DNA of 64,000 nucleotides from the human T2T-CHM13v2.0 reference genome, Homo sapiens. The notes below the pieces were generated by a model. It was not told the origin of the DNA and searched no databases. It was given only the letters and a program-made list of their open reading frames with translations. A program made the position numbers and the translations under genes. Location of the stretch: assembly GCF_009914755.1 (NCBI RefSeq), contig NC_060931.1; one strand, given 5' to 3'. Shown here piece by piece: positions 48,009 to 64,000 of this stretch (the first letter of the stretch is position 1; every line of letters starts with the position of its first letter).

Positions 48009-48479
48009 GAACAAAAACTATGTATTATTGACCTGTGTCAGAGGGATGGTCCAGATGGCAGGGAGAATTCTACAGGACGTTCAAAAGCCAGTGGAAATGG
48101 GATTTAAAGAGGATTGAAAACGTTCTTTTGATGCCATTCTGTCCTAGGGTGGAAGTGAGGTCTAGAGGAAGCAATTGGCCATGTAAGTTATTAGATTGCT
48201 TTACAAGTGGGTATTAGTGAATGAGACCCAATGCCAGGGATGCTCAGTTAGAGAGTTCGGCTTCTTAATAAAACACCCAGCCCCGGCTCCCATCCTGTAT
48301 GGCATTGTCATCATTGTAAACAGCAGTTCTATAACCTTAAGAAATTGGCATACAGCTGGAGCTAACTCAGTTTCCAAACAAGATTTTAGTCATTGTATGT
48401 TTAAGTCTCTCATGCTTCTTCAGAGCCACCTGTTCACCAACAGAGGAAAGTCTCCAAGTGGAGTGACTGATTTTATGTT

Positions 48480-49075
48480 TATTTTATTTTAGTTTGTTAC
48501 TTTTTGAGGCGGGGGCTGAAGTGCAGTGGCAGCATCATGGCTCACTGCAGCCTTGAACTCCTGGGCTCAAGCGATCCTCCTGCCTCAGCCTCCTGTGTAG
48601 CTGAGACTACAGGTGTGTGCCACCCAAGGCTGGCTAATTTTTTAAAATTTGTATTATTTATTTTTACTTTTTTGAGACAGAGTTTCCATCTGTCACCCAG
48701 GCTGGAGTACAGTTGTGTGATCTCGGCTCACTGCAACCTCTGCCTCTCAGGTTTAAGTGATTCTCAAGCCTGAGCCTCCTGAATTGCTGGGATTACATGC
48801 CCTAATTTTTGTATTTTTAGTAGAGATGGGTTTTCGCCATGTTGGCCAGGCTGGTCTTGAACTCCTGGTCTCAATTGATCTGCCCACCTCAGCCTCCCAA
48901 AGTGCTGGGATTACAGGTGTGAGCCACCACCGCGCCTGGCCCTTATTTTTATTTTTTGTAGAGATGGGGTCTCTCTTTGTTGCCCAGGCTGGTCTCGAAC
49001 TTCTGGCCTCAAGTGATCCTCCTGCCTCAGCCTCCCAAAGTGCTGAGATTACAGGCATGAACCACTGTGCCTCGT
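48480..49075 (-). mobile_element. AluJ with a nested AluS (~48660-48941)
   Basis: Arm / full Alu / arm arrangement. Confidence 0.87.
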
Positions 49076-50170
49076 CTGACTTTATGTTTCTTATACAAGC
49101 ATATCGTGGGATTGCTCCTGGGTAGAGACAGAAGTTGGAGGTCCCCTTTAGTGGTATCTGTATTTGTTTTCAAGAATGAATAATGTGAGGTCAAGTTGTA
49201 TCTTTCTTCCCCCACATCTGCCTGTCAAAGGAATAGTTGTGATTTCATTTTTGATTCAGAACTGTTGCTGACTGTGGCATCAGTGGGCAATTGTAGGGTA
49301 ACACAGTGTGTCTCTTATTTAATGCCTCTTCATGTCATGCCCATGTGAAAATCTCAGGCTTTTAGTCAAGCTTTGCAGTTCCCTTTGATTTTGCAATATG
49401 ATTTTGTCAGCCATGAATTGATCTAAATCGATGTGTTTTTCTGTTACATTTGCTTATGATAAAAAAAGAACAGAAAAAGTATAAAGAAGCAACAAAAATG
49501 ATTTATAATTTCACCACCCAGAGGCAAAATGACATTTCATTGTTTTTTACTTTGAATGTCTTTTATTACTCATGAAGTTCTACCTGTTTTTATAAGTTTG
49601 TTAGCCATTTGTCTCTTTTGTTATATGAATTATGCATTCATGTTTTTTGTTTATTTATCTAATTGTGCTCTTTGAGTTTTCATTATTTGAATAGTGTAAG
49701 ATCTTTCACTCTTTTGTTATTGCTGTAAATGACTTTTTTGCAATTTGCCGTTGTCTTTTAATGTTATTTTGATGATCAGAGGTTTTCGGCTATTATTAAA
49801 CTATTACTTTTAAACTTGGAAATTCTTTCATATCCAGAATTTGTATGAATATTCACTTATATCTTGTTTTATTTTCCCTATATTTATAATTCTAAATTTA
49901 ATGGTTTTATCTATCTGCAGTTGGTTTTGAATTGTGTTTGGAAGGGAGACGTGCACTATTATACCCCATGGAGATAGGAAAGGACCCCCAACACCATTTA
50001 TTGAATGATTCTCTCCTTGCTTTTGGTTTGTGGTACCTTCTAGGTATTTATTCTCTAAGAGCAGGTCTGCTTGTGGCCTCTTGGTTCTGTTGCACTTGCC
50101 AGTTGGCTTGTTCTGGAGCCATCCTGATTAAATTATATTAGCCTTAGAATTAGAGTTATTATGTTGTGTG

Positions 50171-50925
<755 letters not shown>

Positions 50926-51625
50926 ATAATTATATTAGCTTTATATTGGATTGAATATCATATACAGATGTGTAGCATACAACGATGCTTTGGTCATCTG
51001 TGGCCTACACACGATGGGGAAAAGCTGAAAAATAGTTCCCAGGTAGCATACAAGAAAGGGATTCCCATGCTAGCTCCCAGAAGGGCTTAGCTCTTGTTAT
51101 TTTAAGGAAACTGAGGCCCAAAAAGGAGTGATCCGCATGTCGAGGTGGGGAGCTTTTAGTATCAACACAGTTTGATAACATGCTTCTTTATGCATTGCGT
51201 GTCTCATTAGCATGTGAAACCTCTACTCCTGGGCATGATTTTCAGTATTATAATGAGATTATATTGAGGAAAAACTCAGTGAAAGGTCAGCGCTTGGAGC
51301 CCATCTTGTCTTGAGCTGGCTGGATTCGGTCAGGCTCTTTTCAGGAATGCCAGCGTCTCACTTCACTAGCCTTGGAAGATGGCCACGTTCTTACCAGGAA
51401 TGGTGGAGTCCCTCTGTAACAATCTGGGGAGAAGTAATTCAAGGAGAGAAACAGGTTCTTTCTTTTATGGTTGGGAATTCTGCTTGGTTAGCTAAGTTAG
51501 GAGGGCCTGCTTTCTGCGGTGTGACTCAGGTCAGCTGGTGAAGGGAGGCAGGGAGGTTGGGGAGGGGAAGATGTGAAGGGTCTTGGTGACCATGCCTCTT
51601 GTCTGCCAGGACCGAGTCTCTATAC

Positions 51626-52008
51626 CGGGGGTCCCCAGACCTTGGGCAGTGGAGTGGTTTCGGTCTGCAGCCTGTGGCCTGATAGGAACTGGGCCGAACA
51701 GCAGGAGGTGAGCGGCGGGTGAGCAAGCGAAGCTTCACCTGTATTTACAGCTGCTCCCCATCCCTCACTTGAGCTCTGGCTCCTGTCAGATCAGCGGCAG
51801 CATTGAATGCTCATAGGAGTATTGTGAATTCTGCATACGAGGGATCTATTTCATAGGCTGCACACTCCTTATGAGAATCTAATGCCTGATGATCTGAGAT
51901 GGAACAGTTTCATTCTTAAACCATCACCCCCACGCCACACCCCCGGTTCATGGAAAAATTGCCTTCCATGAAACCGGTCCCTGCTGCCAAAAATGTTGGG
52001 GGCCGTTG
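51626..52008 (+). mobile_element. MER1 (1B-like) hAT-Charlie DNA transposon
   Basis: ggggtcccca...cagatcagcggcagcatt...ccatgaaaccggtccctg; perfect 8-bp TSD CTCTATAC at 51618-51625 and 52009-52016. Confidence 0.92.
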
Positions 52009-52369
52009 CTCTATACTGTCTCCCAATGATAAAATCTAACCACACGTTTCTCCAAACATATCATATTGTTAAACACCATATGACTGTGCATCTCTGGGTT
52101 TCCTTATACCCTTTCCTTTTCCACAGTTTTGTTATTTATTGTTACCTATTCTTTCAGGTGCAATGTTGAAATCATTTCTCAAGTGCTAAAATTGTTTCCA
52201 TAGAAATATTTACAAAGGTAACATTTATAGTATTTTTTAAATTATAAAGGTAATGCGTTTTTGGTGTGGAAAACTGGAGACCACAGTGAAATATAAAGGA
52301 GTAAACAGAAGCAATAAAAAATTCCTCCACTCACACCTTCCTTGATGAATAATTCCTTCTTTTCAGAAG

Positions 52370-52540
52370 CAGGAGCTTTGGAGTCAGGTAGATAAAGTTT
52401 AAGTCTACCCACCACTTTCTTGGCTTTGTGAAAGTGACTCTGAGCCTCAATTTTCTCATCTGCAAAATGAGGAATCCTACATGACTGGCTTATTGTGAAA
52501 CAGAATGAGATAATGTATAGGCTGTACGGTTCCAGCATAG
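52370..52540 (+). mobile_element. MIR SINE
   Basis: gctttggagtcag...ctctgagcctcaattttctcatctgcaaaatg. Confidence 0.75.
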
Positions 52541-52971
52541 CAGCCAGAACGGCTGGGCTCACCCTTGCACATGTCCAGCTGGGGGCCGCCTTTCTGCTCC
52601 TTGTGTTTCAGGACCAGTGGGCTAGCCCAGTCTTCTCATTATGAAGGCAAGAGAGCCCCTCGTGAGGCTCACGCTTGGAGCTGGTACGTAGCTCTTCACC
52701 TGGTCAAAGCAAGCTATGTGGCCAAGCCCAGATCCGAGGGGTAGAGAAAACAGACTTTGCCTCTTGAGTGGGAAAAACTTCAGTCACACTGCAAAGGATG
52801 TGGAGACGTGGAAGGTGAAGGATTGGGCTATGAATGCATTTTCCCACATAGTAGAAACAGGATCTGCTCAATCTCTCTGGCAGTTCAGGATGGGAAGGCA
52901 TTTTAGATGGACTGAGATAAGACCAGGTTAGGACTAAGCTGGACCTGGAGGGGCTGGGGTATAGGATCTGA

Positions 52972-53359
<388 letters not shown>

Positions 53360-53501
53360 TAGGGATGGCCCAGATGTGGGAAGAAACAGAAGTGTTTCAG
53401 GGTCAATGTCAGTAAAAACACAAGCTTGCAGGGCCAATTTGGGCAGAACAGTAAAAGGAAAATCGGCTCATTTGGTAATACGTTTCTCATTTCTCTGCTG
53501 A

Positions 53502-53890
<389 letters not shown>

Positions 53891-53923
53891 TTTGGCTTTT
53901 AGTTTCTATAAAGAAACCTACTG

Positions 53924-54290
<367 letters not shown>

Positions 54291-54709
54291 TTACTGGCCA
54301 AATTTTGGATCTGCTGCTGCTTGGCGTAAAGCTATTTATTATTTCTAATTTGCATTATTTCCTGATGTATTTTCATCCCTCTTGCAGCAGTCAGGGTTGT
54401 CCCCTCGTTTGACATGTACCATAGAAAGGTTATAGGATTGAATACTATGTAAGAATAACGTAGGCAGCATTTCCTGTGCATGCACAGGAGGATTTTTTTT
54501 TTTTAGCTCTGGCCTGAAACTGTCTGCATTAATTTACCCTTAATTGTTTTTAGAAATTCTATTCCTGAGCCATTGCTTAATAAAACTTAAGGTTTGGAGT
54601 TGTTTTTTTTTTTTTTTTTTGCTTTAGTTGAATTCATCAAGATAAGCTGTATTATACTCAGATTCATTTACTGAACTGAGAATCTGAAGGACGCCTCCCT
54701 TCTGCTCCC

Positions 54710-54757
54710 GTATGTGTGCGAGTGTGTGTGTATGTGTGTGTGTGTCTGTCTGTGTGT
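54710..54757. repeat. (TG)n-type microsatellite
   Basis: Seen directly. Confidence 0.88.
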
Positions 54758-54837
54758 CTTTTCTTCCCTTTTAGAGAAAGCAGTGCTGTACAAAGCAGGG
54801 AACTATGGTAGAATTGAGGGTAAAAGAAGAAAATCCT

Positions 54838-55257
54838 TCTAGGCACAGTGGCCCATGCATGTAATCCTGGCACTTTGGGAGGCCCAGGCAAGAGGATTGA
54901 TTGAGACTAGGAGTTCAAGACCAGCCTGCGCAACTTAGCAATGCCCCATCTCTGAAAAAGAAAATTAAAATTAGTTGGTCATGGTGTCGTGCCTGTAATC
55001 CCAGCACTTTGGGAGGCCAAGACAGGTGGATCAGTTGAGGTCAGGAGTTCAAGACCAGCCTGGCCAACATGGTGAAACCCCGTCTCTACTAAAAATACAA
55101 AAGTTAGCCAAGCGAGGTGGTACACACCTGTAATCTCAGCCATTCTGGAGGCTGGGACAGGAGAATCACTTGAGGCCAGAAGGTGGAGGTGGCAGTGAGC
55201 CAAGATTGTGCCACTGCACTCCAGCCCGGGCAACAGAGCGATATTCCATCTCAAAAA

Positions 55258-55290
<33 letters not shown>
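54838..55290 (+). mobile_element. Alu left monomer followed by a full Alu
   Basis: 54838-54972 monomer; 54975-55290 dimer with A/TA tail. Confidence 0.88.
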
Positions 55291-55295
<5 letters not shown>

Positions 55296-55798
55296 CTCCT
55301 TCTGATGATAAAGGGTTAGTTTGTTTGCCCATGACAGGCCCTCCTACTGTACCTTGAAACTGGCATATCAGGCCAAGGAAAGCTGAGCCCCACAAATTTT
55401 TGGCTAAAGGCAATTACCTCATCCCTGGAAAAGCAACTCTTTATGACTCAAAGAAAAATACATATTTCCCAGGTAGCCGTGGAGCCAGTAGGTGATCAGT
55501 CCAAGAATAAAAAAATGTCTTCGGAGAATATTCCAAAATAAATATTAATAGGAGCCAGGCTGTCAAAGAAGACATAGAGCTTTGTTGAGCCTAAAGTGCT
55601 TGGCAACAGAACCTGGGCTAGTCACTGGCCTGTGACCATGGTGTTGGGGGAGACTCACACTGACAGTGATGTTCTCTGGGTGTGTAGACTGAGTTCATCT
55701 CTTCCTGCCCTGCTTCTGAGGGAAGCTGTTAAAAGGTATGAATTCTCTCCCCAGCAAAAACAAAACAAAACAAAAATTCCTTGTCCATGCACCCACAA

Positions 55799-56174
55799 TG
55801 ATATGGTTTGGCTCTGTGTTCCCACCCAAATCTCATCTCTAATCGTAATCCCCATGTGTCAAGGGAGGGACCTGTAGTCTCCACGTGTTGAGGGATGGAG
55901 GTGATTGGATCATGGGGGCAGTTTCCCCCATGTTGTCCTTGTGATATAGTGTGTGAGTTCTCAGATCTGATGGTTTTATAAGTGTTTGGAAGTCCCTCCT
56001 TCCTTCTCTCTCCTGCCGCCTTGTGAAGAAGGTGCTTGCTTCCCTGTTGCTTTCTGCTATGATTGTAAGTTTCCTGAGGCCTTCCAAGCCATGTGGAGCT
56101 GTGAGTCCATTAAACCTCTTTCCTTTATAAATTACCCAGTCTCGGGAATAGCTGTGTGAAAACGGACTCATACA
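55799..56174 (+). mobile_element. THE1D/MSTA-like solo LTR
   Basis: tgatatggtttggctctgtgt.cccacccaaatctcat...aaattacccagtctc...ggactcataca. Confidence 0.9.
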
Positions 56175-56853
56175 ATATCTTGCATTCAATTTCTAGGAGT
56201 TTTGCTGGGGCTCCATAGACCACAAAATATCTCATGCTTTAAAGCAGGCTAAATCTTGATGTGTGAACATTGCCCCAATATGACTAATAGGCAGGACACA
56301 CTTGGACTCAAATGCTAGAGTAGACAGTTTGTACGGGAGACTGCTCTGTGAGGGAACTGAGCTAATGAGGTGTGTTGTTGCTTCCTGGAAGAACTGCAGA
56401 GCTCAACTGGAGGAAATTAAACCACTCAGCAAAGTGTGCATTTTTCCTAATAATGAGAGCTCCAAAAGCGGGGCCTCGCACCTCTCAGTGATTCCAACCC
56501 CCATCTCATTTTGCAAGGTTCGCTGTTGCCAAAAATGATACCACTCTTTCCCGAGATTATAGGGAAGCCTTGATGAGGAGGGAAGCATAAAGGGAAAATT
56601 GGGCTGGTTAATGCACTTGACCCAAGCAGCTTTCAGAGTTTGAGCCCTGATTAGTAAATCAAGGGAGACAGAAGTGTGGTTGTGTTCGGGATGGTATCTT
56701 TTAAGCGTTGAGGTGCCATCACTGATGCTTTAATTGAGGTAGGAAATAAGTGATGCCTTTGATCATAAGAGAAGCAGAGGGAATAAATAGGAAAGGGATT
56801 TTCATTTGTTCATTCAGTAACCATTTATCTGCCAAGCATTCTGCCAGGCTCTA

Positions 56854-57187
<334 letters not shown>

Positions 57188-57199
57188 GAAGATGCTGTA

Positions 57200-58470
57200 G
57201 CTCCTGAACGCCTGCACTCTTGGAGTGGGGATGACCAGAGTGAAGAGTGCCATGATGGCAGCCCACAGAGGGACAGAAAGTAACAAAGGAGAAGTGCCTG
57301 ATACCAGGCTGGGCTCTGGGAAGGCTAGGGCTGGAGACCAGAGGAAGTGCCTAGCAGGAGGAAGGTAGTGTTGGGCAGATAGAACAGTTTGTGTGACTTG
57401 AGAGACAGCATTCTCAGTTCTAGGAAATAACAAATTCATAGTGGCTGGAGAAAGGGCAGGGAGAGGCGATGAGGTTGGAGAGATGGATCGGGCTCAACTT
57501 GGGTGCCAAGCAGAGGAATTTAAACCTAATTCTGAAAGCTTAGAATTAGGAGAGGCCAGGAGATCCTTTAAGTAGAGGAGTGACGTGATCATATGTACTC
57601 TAGAGAGGTCATTCTGGTCGCAGTAGGGTAAGTGGGATGGGGTTGGAGGCAAGGGACCAGTTAGGTGGCTTTTGGTGTCATTCAGGAGGTAACCAGTGAG
57701 GACTGGAACTAAGGCGGTAGCAATGGAGGAGAAGGGACAAATGTCACACAGAGATCCTGAAAATGGCAGAATCTGCAGGATTTGGTGACCGATAGGCATG
57801 TTGAGGGGTCATGACTTGAATTTGACTCCTGAAGAGACAGGGTGGTGGCCTTCAGCAAAGACAGGGTGGTACAAAAAGAGGAGGTTTCAGTTTTCAGCAT
57901 GCTGAATTTGGGATGTTTATGAGCGCTCCACGTGGAGATTTACAAGGGGGAGCTGAAGTTTCAGTGAAGGTCCAGGCTAGAGATGTGGGTTTGGGAGTTG
58001 CCAGGGTACTTGGAGCTGTAGACTTGCATGAGGTCACCCAGGACCCGTTTATGAAGAGAGAACAGTGAAGGGCAAAAGAAGGAGCTTAAGGATTTGGGGA
58101 ATTTAAAGGAAAGGGTAACCTGTGCAACAAAACCAGTGGCCAAGGAAGATCCCAGAGGAGAAAAAGCCCAGATAGGAATGGGGGAGGAATATTGAGTGTC
58201 CAGGATCCGAGAGGAAATAGCGATTATACAAGGAGAGGGATGGCGGTGTTGCATACTGCAGAAAGGATCATCAGCGATGGTGAGGTTGGGAAGGTCCCTC
58301 CATTCTGGCCACGTAGAGTAGATGTCACTGGAAACTTTAACAAGAGCAGTTTCAGCAAAATAGGTTGCACAGGAGCCAAGTGCTGGGTGAAGCGAGGAAT
58401 GAATGAGAGGTAAAGAAGGGAGACAGGGAGGGAAAGGAACATGTCAATTAAGCCAATTAAGGCTGTGGAA
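57200..58470 (-). mobile_element. L2 LINE relic
   Basis: gaggtcattctgg, gagaccag-type blocks, ggtttcagttt..gcatgctgaatttg.gatg, gctagagatgtgggtttgggagt. Confidence 0.75.
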
Positions 58471-58499
58471 AAAGAGACTATTTACTTATTTTTTATTAG

Positions 58500-58788
58500 T
58501 ATTAATATTATTATTATTATTTTTGAAACAGAATCTTGTTCTGTTGACCAGGCTGGAGTGCAGTGGTGCCATCATGGCCCCCAGCAGCCTTGAACTCCTG
58601 GGCTCAAGCCATCCTCCTGTCTCAGCCTCCTCAGTAGCCAACACCACACCCGGCTAATTTTTTAAATGTTTTTGTAGCGATGGGATCTTGCTTTGTCGCC
58701 CAGGCTGGTCTCGAACTCCTGGCCTCAACAATCCTCCTGCTTCAGCCTCCCAAAACTCTGGGATTATAGGCATGAGCCACCGCACCAA
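58500..58788 (-). mobile_element. Alu (J-type)
   Basis: Dimer motifs. Confidence 0.9.
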
Positions 58789-59019
58789 CCCAGTTTTTTT
58801 ACTTAAATGGGAGGGAGTTGAGTAGAAAAGGTTGGCAGAGGGAGAGCGAAGATGCAAGAGAGAGAGTGATGGACGAGGCAAGGCTCTGAGGTGGGAGGAG
58901 GCTGGGATCCACAGTAAGGATGCAGGGGTCAGCCTTGAACTCCTGGACTCAGCTTCCATCAAGAGAGGAGGTGAAGACAAAGAATGGGTTGAGAGGTAGG
59001 TAAGCTTGCAGGAGGGAAG

Positions 59020-59515
<496 letters not shown>

Positions 59516-59667
59516 AGGGCTGATGGTATTGATTTCTCTGTGGAGTAGGAGGCACTATCCCTTGCGGACTGGGAGGTTGGCCCAAGGAACTTGGCAAAAG
59601 GTAGAGGACAGTGAAGGGTAATGAAATCCAGGGTTCTGACCTAGAACAGAAAGAAGCCTGCAGAGCA

Positions 59668-60054
<387 letters not shown>

Positions 60055-60267
60055 TCAGCTGTGTAAGAAAAGGGGAGAAGAGGCAAGTGGGTGGTTCTGT
60101 CTAGAGCTGGGGTCCTTCAGCACTTGTGGGAAAGAAAGGCAGAGGGACAGGAGAACTGTGGGGTTGGCAAAAGGCAGAGCCTGGTTGAAGGAAGTATGGA
60201 GAGTCCAGTTGGACTGGACGAACTTGAAACCAGGGAAGGGCTAATAGATTAAAAAAACAAAACAAAA

Positions 60268-60586
<319 letters not shown>

Positions 60587-60985
60587 AGTGTCCCAGGGCC
60601 TGAAAGTCTAAGAGTAAGGGTTTTGGGACTACGAGGCTGGAGAACTGGGATGAAGAGAGATTATGACTGTTGAAGTCAAAGGTGGTCCAACTGCAGCTGT
60701 TCTGGGTGTCAGTGAGGTCCAGGAAAAGCCATGGGGGTCTGAGATAATTGCACTGCAGTAACCGAAACGAGGTGGTCCTCCTGGGCATCCCTGGGTGTGG
60801 GGTCAGAGGCTCTTGAAGTGGTGACAGGAAGGAGAGGTTGCAGTGACAAGGTTCTGATGAGGTGTGACACCGCAATCTGGTGTAATCTTCTTTTCCAAAC
60901 CAAAGGGCAGTGCGTTCATTCGGGTTCCCTAGAGAAAGAGAAGGAATTGGGCAGGGGCAGGATGGGGAGGTAGAGAGAGAGAATG

Positions 60986-62405
60986 AATTTATTTATTTTT
61001 CCCATTTTTTATTGTGTTAAAATATACATAACATAAAATTTACCATCCTAACCATTTTTAAGTGGTTCATTGGCATTAAGCACGTTTACATTGTCATGTA
61101 ACTGCCACCACCGTCCATCTCCAGGATATTTTCCTCATCTGAAACAGAAACACTGCACCCAATCACAATAATTTCCCATTCCCCCTTCCCTGTCCCCTGA
61201 TAACCTCTTTTCTATTTTCTGTCAATGAATTGGACCATTCTAGGTAACTCCTGTAAGTAGAATCATACAGAATTTATGTTTTGTGATTAGCTTATTTCAC
61301 CTAGTAATCCTCAAAGTTCATCCATGTGGTAGTATATTGCAGAATTTCCTTCCTTTTTAAAACTGGATAACATTCCATTTTATATATACACAGCCATCCC
61401 TTGGTATCTGAAGGGGATTGGCTCCAGATCCCCCTTGGATACCAAAATCCCTGGAAGCTCAAGGAAATCCCTCACATAAAATGACATAATATTTGTACAT
61501 AAACTACGCACATCCTCACATATACTTTAAATCATCTCTAGATTACTTACAATATCTAATGCAGTATAAATGTCATGTAAATAATTGTTACGCTTATTGA
61601 TTTTATATCATTATTATTATTGTTATTGAGACTGAGTCTTGCTCTGTCGCCCAGACTAGAGTGCAGTGGTGCGGTCATAGCTCACTGTAACCCTGAAGTC
61701 CTGGCCTCAAGCAATCCTCCCACCTCAGGCTCCTGAGTGGCTGAAACTGCAGGCATGTGCCACCATGCCTGGCTAATTTTTACTTTCAGAGATGGGGTCT
61801 CACTGTGTTCCCCAAGCTGGTCTTGAACTCCTGGCCTCTAGCACTCTTCCCACCTTGGCGTCCCAAGTAGTTAAGGCTACAGGTGTGAGTTGCTATGCTT
61901 GGCTCTGTGTTTTTTTTATCTTGATTTTGGGGATTTTTTCCCTCTGTGGTTGGTTGAATATGAAAATACAGAACCTGTGGATTAGGAAGGCTGACTCCAC
62001 ATACTGCATTTTCTTGATTCATTTGTCTATTGATGAACACCTGGATTGCTTCCAACATTTAGCTGCGAATAATGCTCTATGAACATGCGGGTACAAGTAT
62101 CTCTTCAAGACTCTGCTTTCAGTTCTTCTGGGTATATACCCGGAAGTGGAATTGCTACTCTACTGTTAACGGACCACCCACCATACTATTTTCCACAGCG
62201 GCCGTAACATCCTCCCCTTCCATCAACAGTGCACAAGGGTTTCAATTTCTCCGCATCCTCTTCAACACTTGTTATTTTCAGGTTTTTGTTTTGTTTTGTT
62301 TTGTTTTTTTGTTTTTTGTTTTAACAGTAGCCATCTTAATGGATGTGACGTGGTATCTCAGTGTAGTGTTGATTTGCATTTCTCTAATGATTAGTGATGT
62401 TGAGC
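60986..62405 (-). mobile_element. L1MB-like 3' fragment containing nested MER2 and Alu
   Basis: aacataaaatttaccat.ctaaccatttttaagt...; gatttgcatttctctaatgattagtgatgttgagca. Confidence 0.88.
61391..61997 (+). mobile_element. MER2 Tigger element split by an antisense AluJ (61610-61903)
   Basis: cagccatcccttggtatc...ggataccaaaatcc...tttaaatcatctctagattactta / tggttggttgaat...gaacctgtggat. Confidence 0.87.
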
Positions 62406-63955
62406 AGAGAGAGGTTTATTTTAAGAACCTGGCTCACATGGTTGTGGTAACTGGCACATCCCACGTCCGCATGGTAGGTGGAGACCTTGGGAAGGGTGTC
62501 TGGTGGCAGAATTTCCTCTGGCAGTGGAAAGAGACGATGTGAAGATGGGTATGTCCACAGCGTGCTGCAGTTCTCAAGGGTTTTCTCATTGTCTTGCAGC
62601 TACTCTGAGGATGTCACGGTGGTGTTCTCTGACTCAAACTACCTTTTCCATCAGAATCCCACAGTTTCCGTCCCATGTTGCCTTCCAGAGCTCTGAGAGT
62701 TTGAGGGTAGTATGTGGTGGAGAGGCCTGAGTGCCCAGAGAACACGGACCTTCATCAGCGGTAAAGACTTTATTAATTAATGCTCATGATCTTCTGCATG
62801 TTTATGGAGCACTTTGGAAATGAATAGGAATTAGCCCGGTAGGAATTTGCAGAGCCTGGTGTGAGGCTGTCATTGCATTGTGAGTCTAGCTCTTTACTGT
62901 GTAATCTCTAAAGCTTACAAGATTTCTCCTGGAAGGTCAAGGAAGAGTGCCTCTGTACTCAGTAGAGCTCTGATATCCCATTTCTCCCTCTGTTCTTGAC
63001 CATGCAAGTCTAATTCAGTGAGATCTATCCATTCAGATCCAGCCTGGAGCTCACCGTCCCCACCTTCCTGGTCCAGCTTAGCCCATCTATTACAGCTGTT
63101 GTAGATACTTCGTTTGACACTTAGCATCTCCTGCATTGCATTGACAACTGCCTTGTTAGAAGTGTTTAATGTGCTTTAGCCCTCATATCCCAGAACTCTG
63201 GGTGATTGGGGTGGGGCAGTGCATGGTGATTGGTCCTGTCCCTTGGGTGTGGCAGATGTTAGGGCAGAGACTGAGGGGCATCACTGCACTTGGGAGCTAG
63301 AGTTGAGGCAAGCAGCCAGGAAGGCCTGCAGATCGGCCACACAGTTTCGCCCATGTGAGCCAAGCGATACCGAGAAACCCAGGTAGACCCTCGAAAGGGG
63401 AGCGCTCGCCTTAGACAGACCCAAGAGACAAGGGCTGGAGGCTGAGCTCAGGCCCAGTGGTCACCTGCCCAGCCCAGCAGTCATCTGCCCAGCCGTCTGA
63501 GCATGCACAGTGCAGCTTCCATATCCAGCCCCTTTAAGATCCTCTTCTGTGCCCCTGCCCTGAGGGATGATGGTGACGACAGAGTCAGGCCTTGGTGCAC
63601 AGTGGCTGAAGTGCTGCAGTGGCTCATTAGCACAGGACTTTTGCAAGGCCTAGAGTGACTGAGGGCAACCTTGGCTCCTCCCTGCCTGGGATTCTTCAGT
63701 TCCAGGGCTTGGGGGCAGAACACTCTCCCACATGAGCTTTATGCACATTCCCGCCAGCCTGATTAACCCCAGGGGAGGTGGAGCCGGCTTCTGCTCACCC
63801 ACATCCCCCTTGAAGGGAAATCAAACCTGACCCGGCTCAGTGATACTATGTGGGAATACTTTGCCCCCAGCAGGCCATGGGCACGGTGCACCTGGCTGCA
63901 GAGGACCTTCTCCTAGTTGGGGCTTTTAGGGCAGAGATGAAGAAATCAAGAAATT

Positions 63956-64000
63956 GGCTGGGTGCGGTGGCTCATGTCTGTAATCCCAGCAGTTTGGGAG
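63956..64000 (+). mobile_element. Alu 5' end (cut by window edge)
   Basis: ggctgggtgcggtggctcatgtctgtaatcccagc. Confidence 0.9.

Overview
Human (primate) genomic DNA from inside GALNT17 (WBSCR17, 7q11.22), gene on the + strand. The only protein-coding sequence I can support is one 184-nt internal exon at 13719-13902 (exon 2 by my recall of the protein: (G)LSKSLGLIEGYGGRGKGGLPATLSPAEEEKAKGPHEKYGYNSYLSEKISLDRSIPDYRPT(K)). The rest is the end of intron 1 and much of intron 2; I did not see the next exon. The introns are packed with repeats: about 50 Alus, MaLR LTRs (THE1/MST/MLT1), ERV1 solo LTRs (LTR12F-like, MER57-like), L1/HAL1/L2/L3/MIR relics and DNA transposons (MER1A/B, MER2, MER5, MADE1/2). 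The ORF track is almost all repeat-derived noise. I found no convincing new multi-gene system. The best observations are: (1) several local templated-copy or repair scars, including a 68-bp inverted copy inserted into an Alu with microhomology at both ends, a ~1-kb Alu-bounded duplication and a TMEJ-like junction; (2) a sense-oriented LTR12 solo LTR with a CCAAT array in intron 2; (3) a hypothetical exon-2 circRNA with a 120-aa ORF that crosses the back-splice junction twice; (4) an antisense Alu that has gained a consensus 5' splice site. Repeat subfamily names come from memory of consensus sequences, and boundaries are approximate unless a TSD is quoted.
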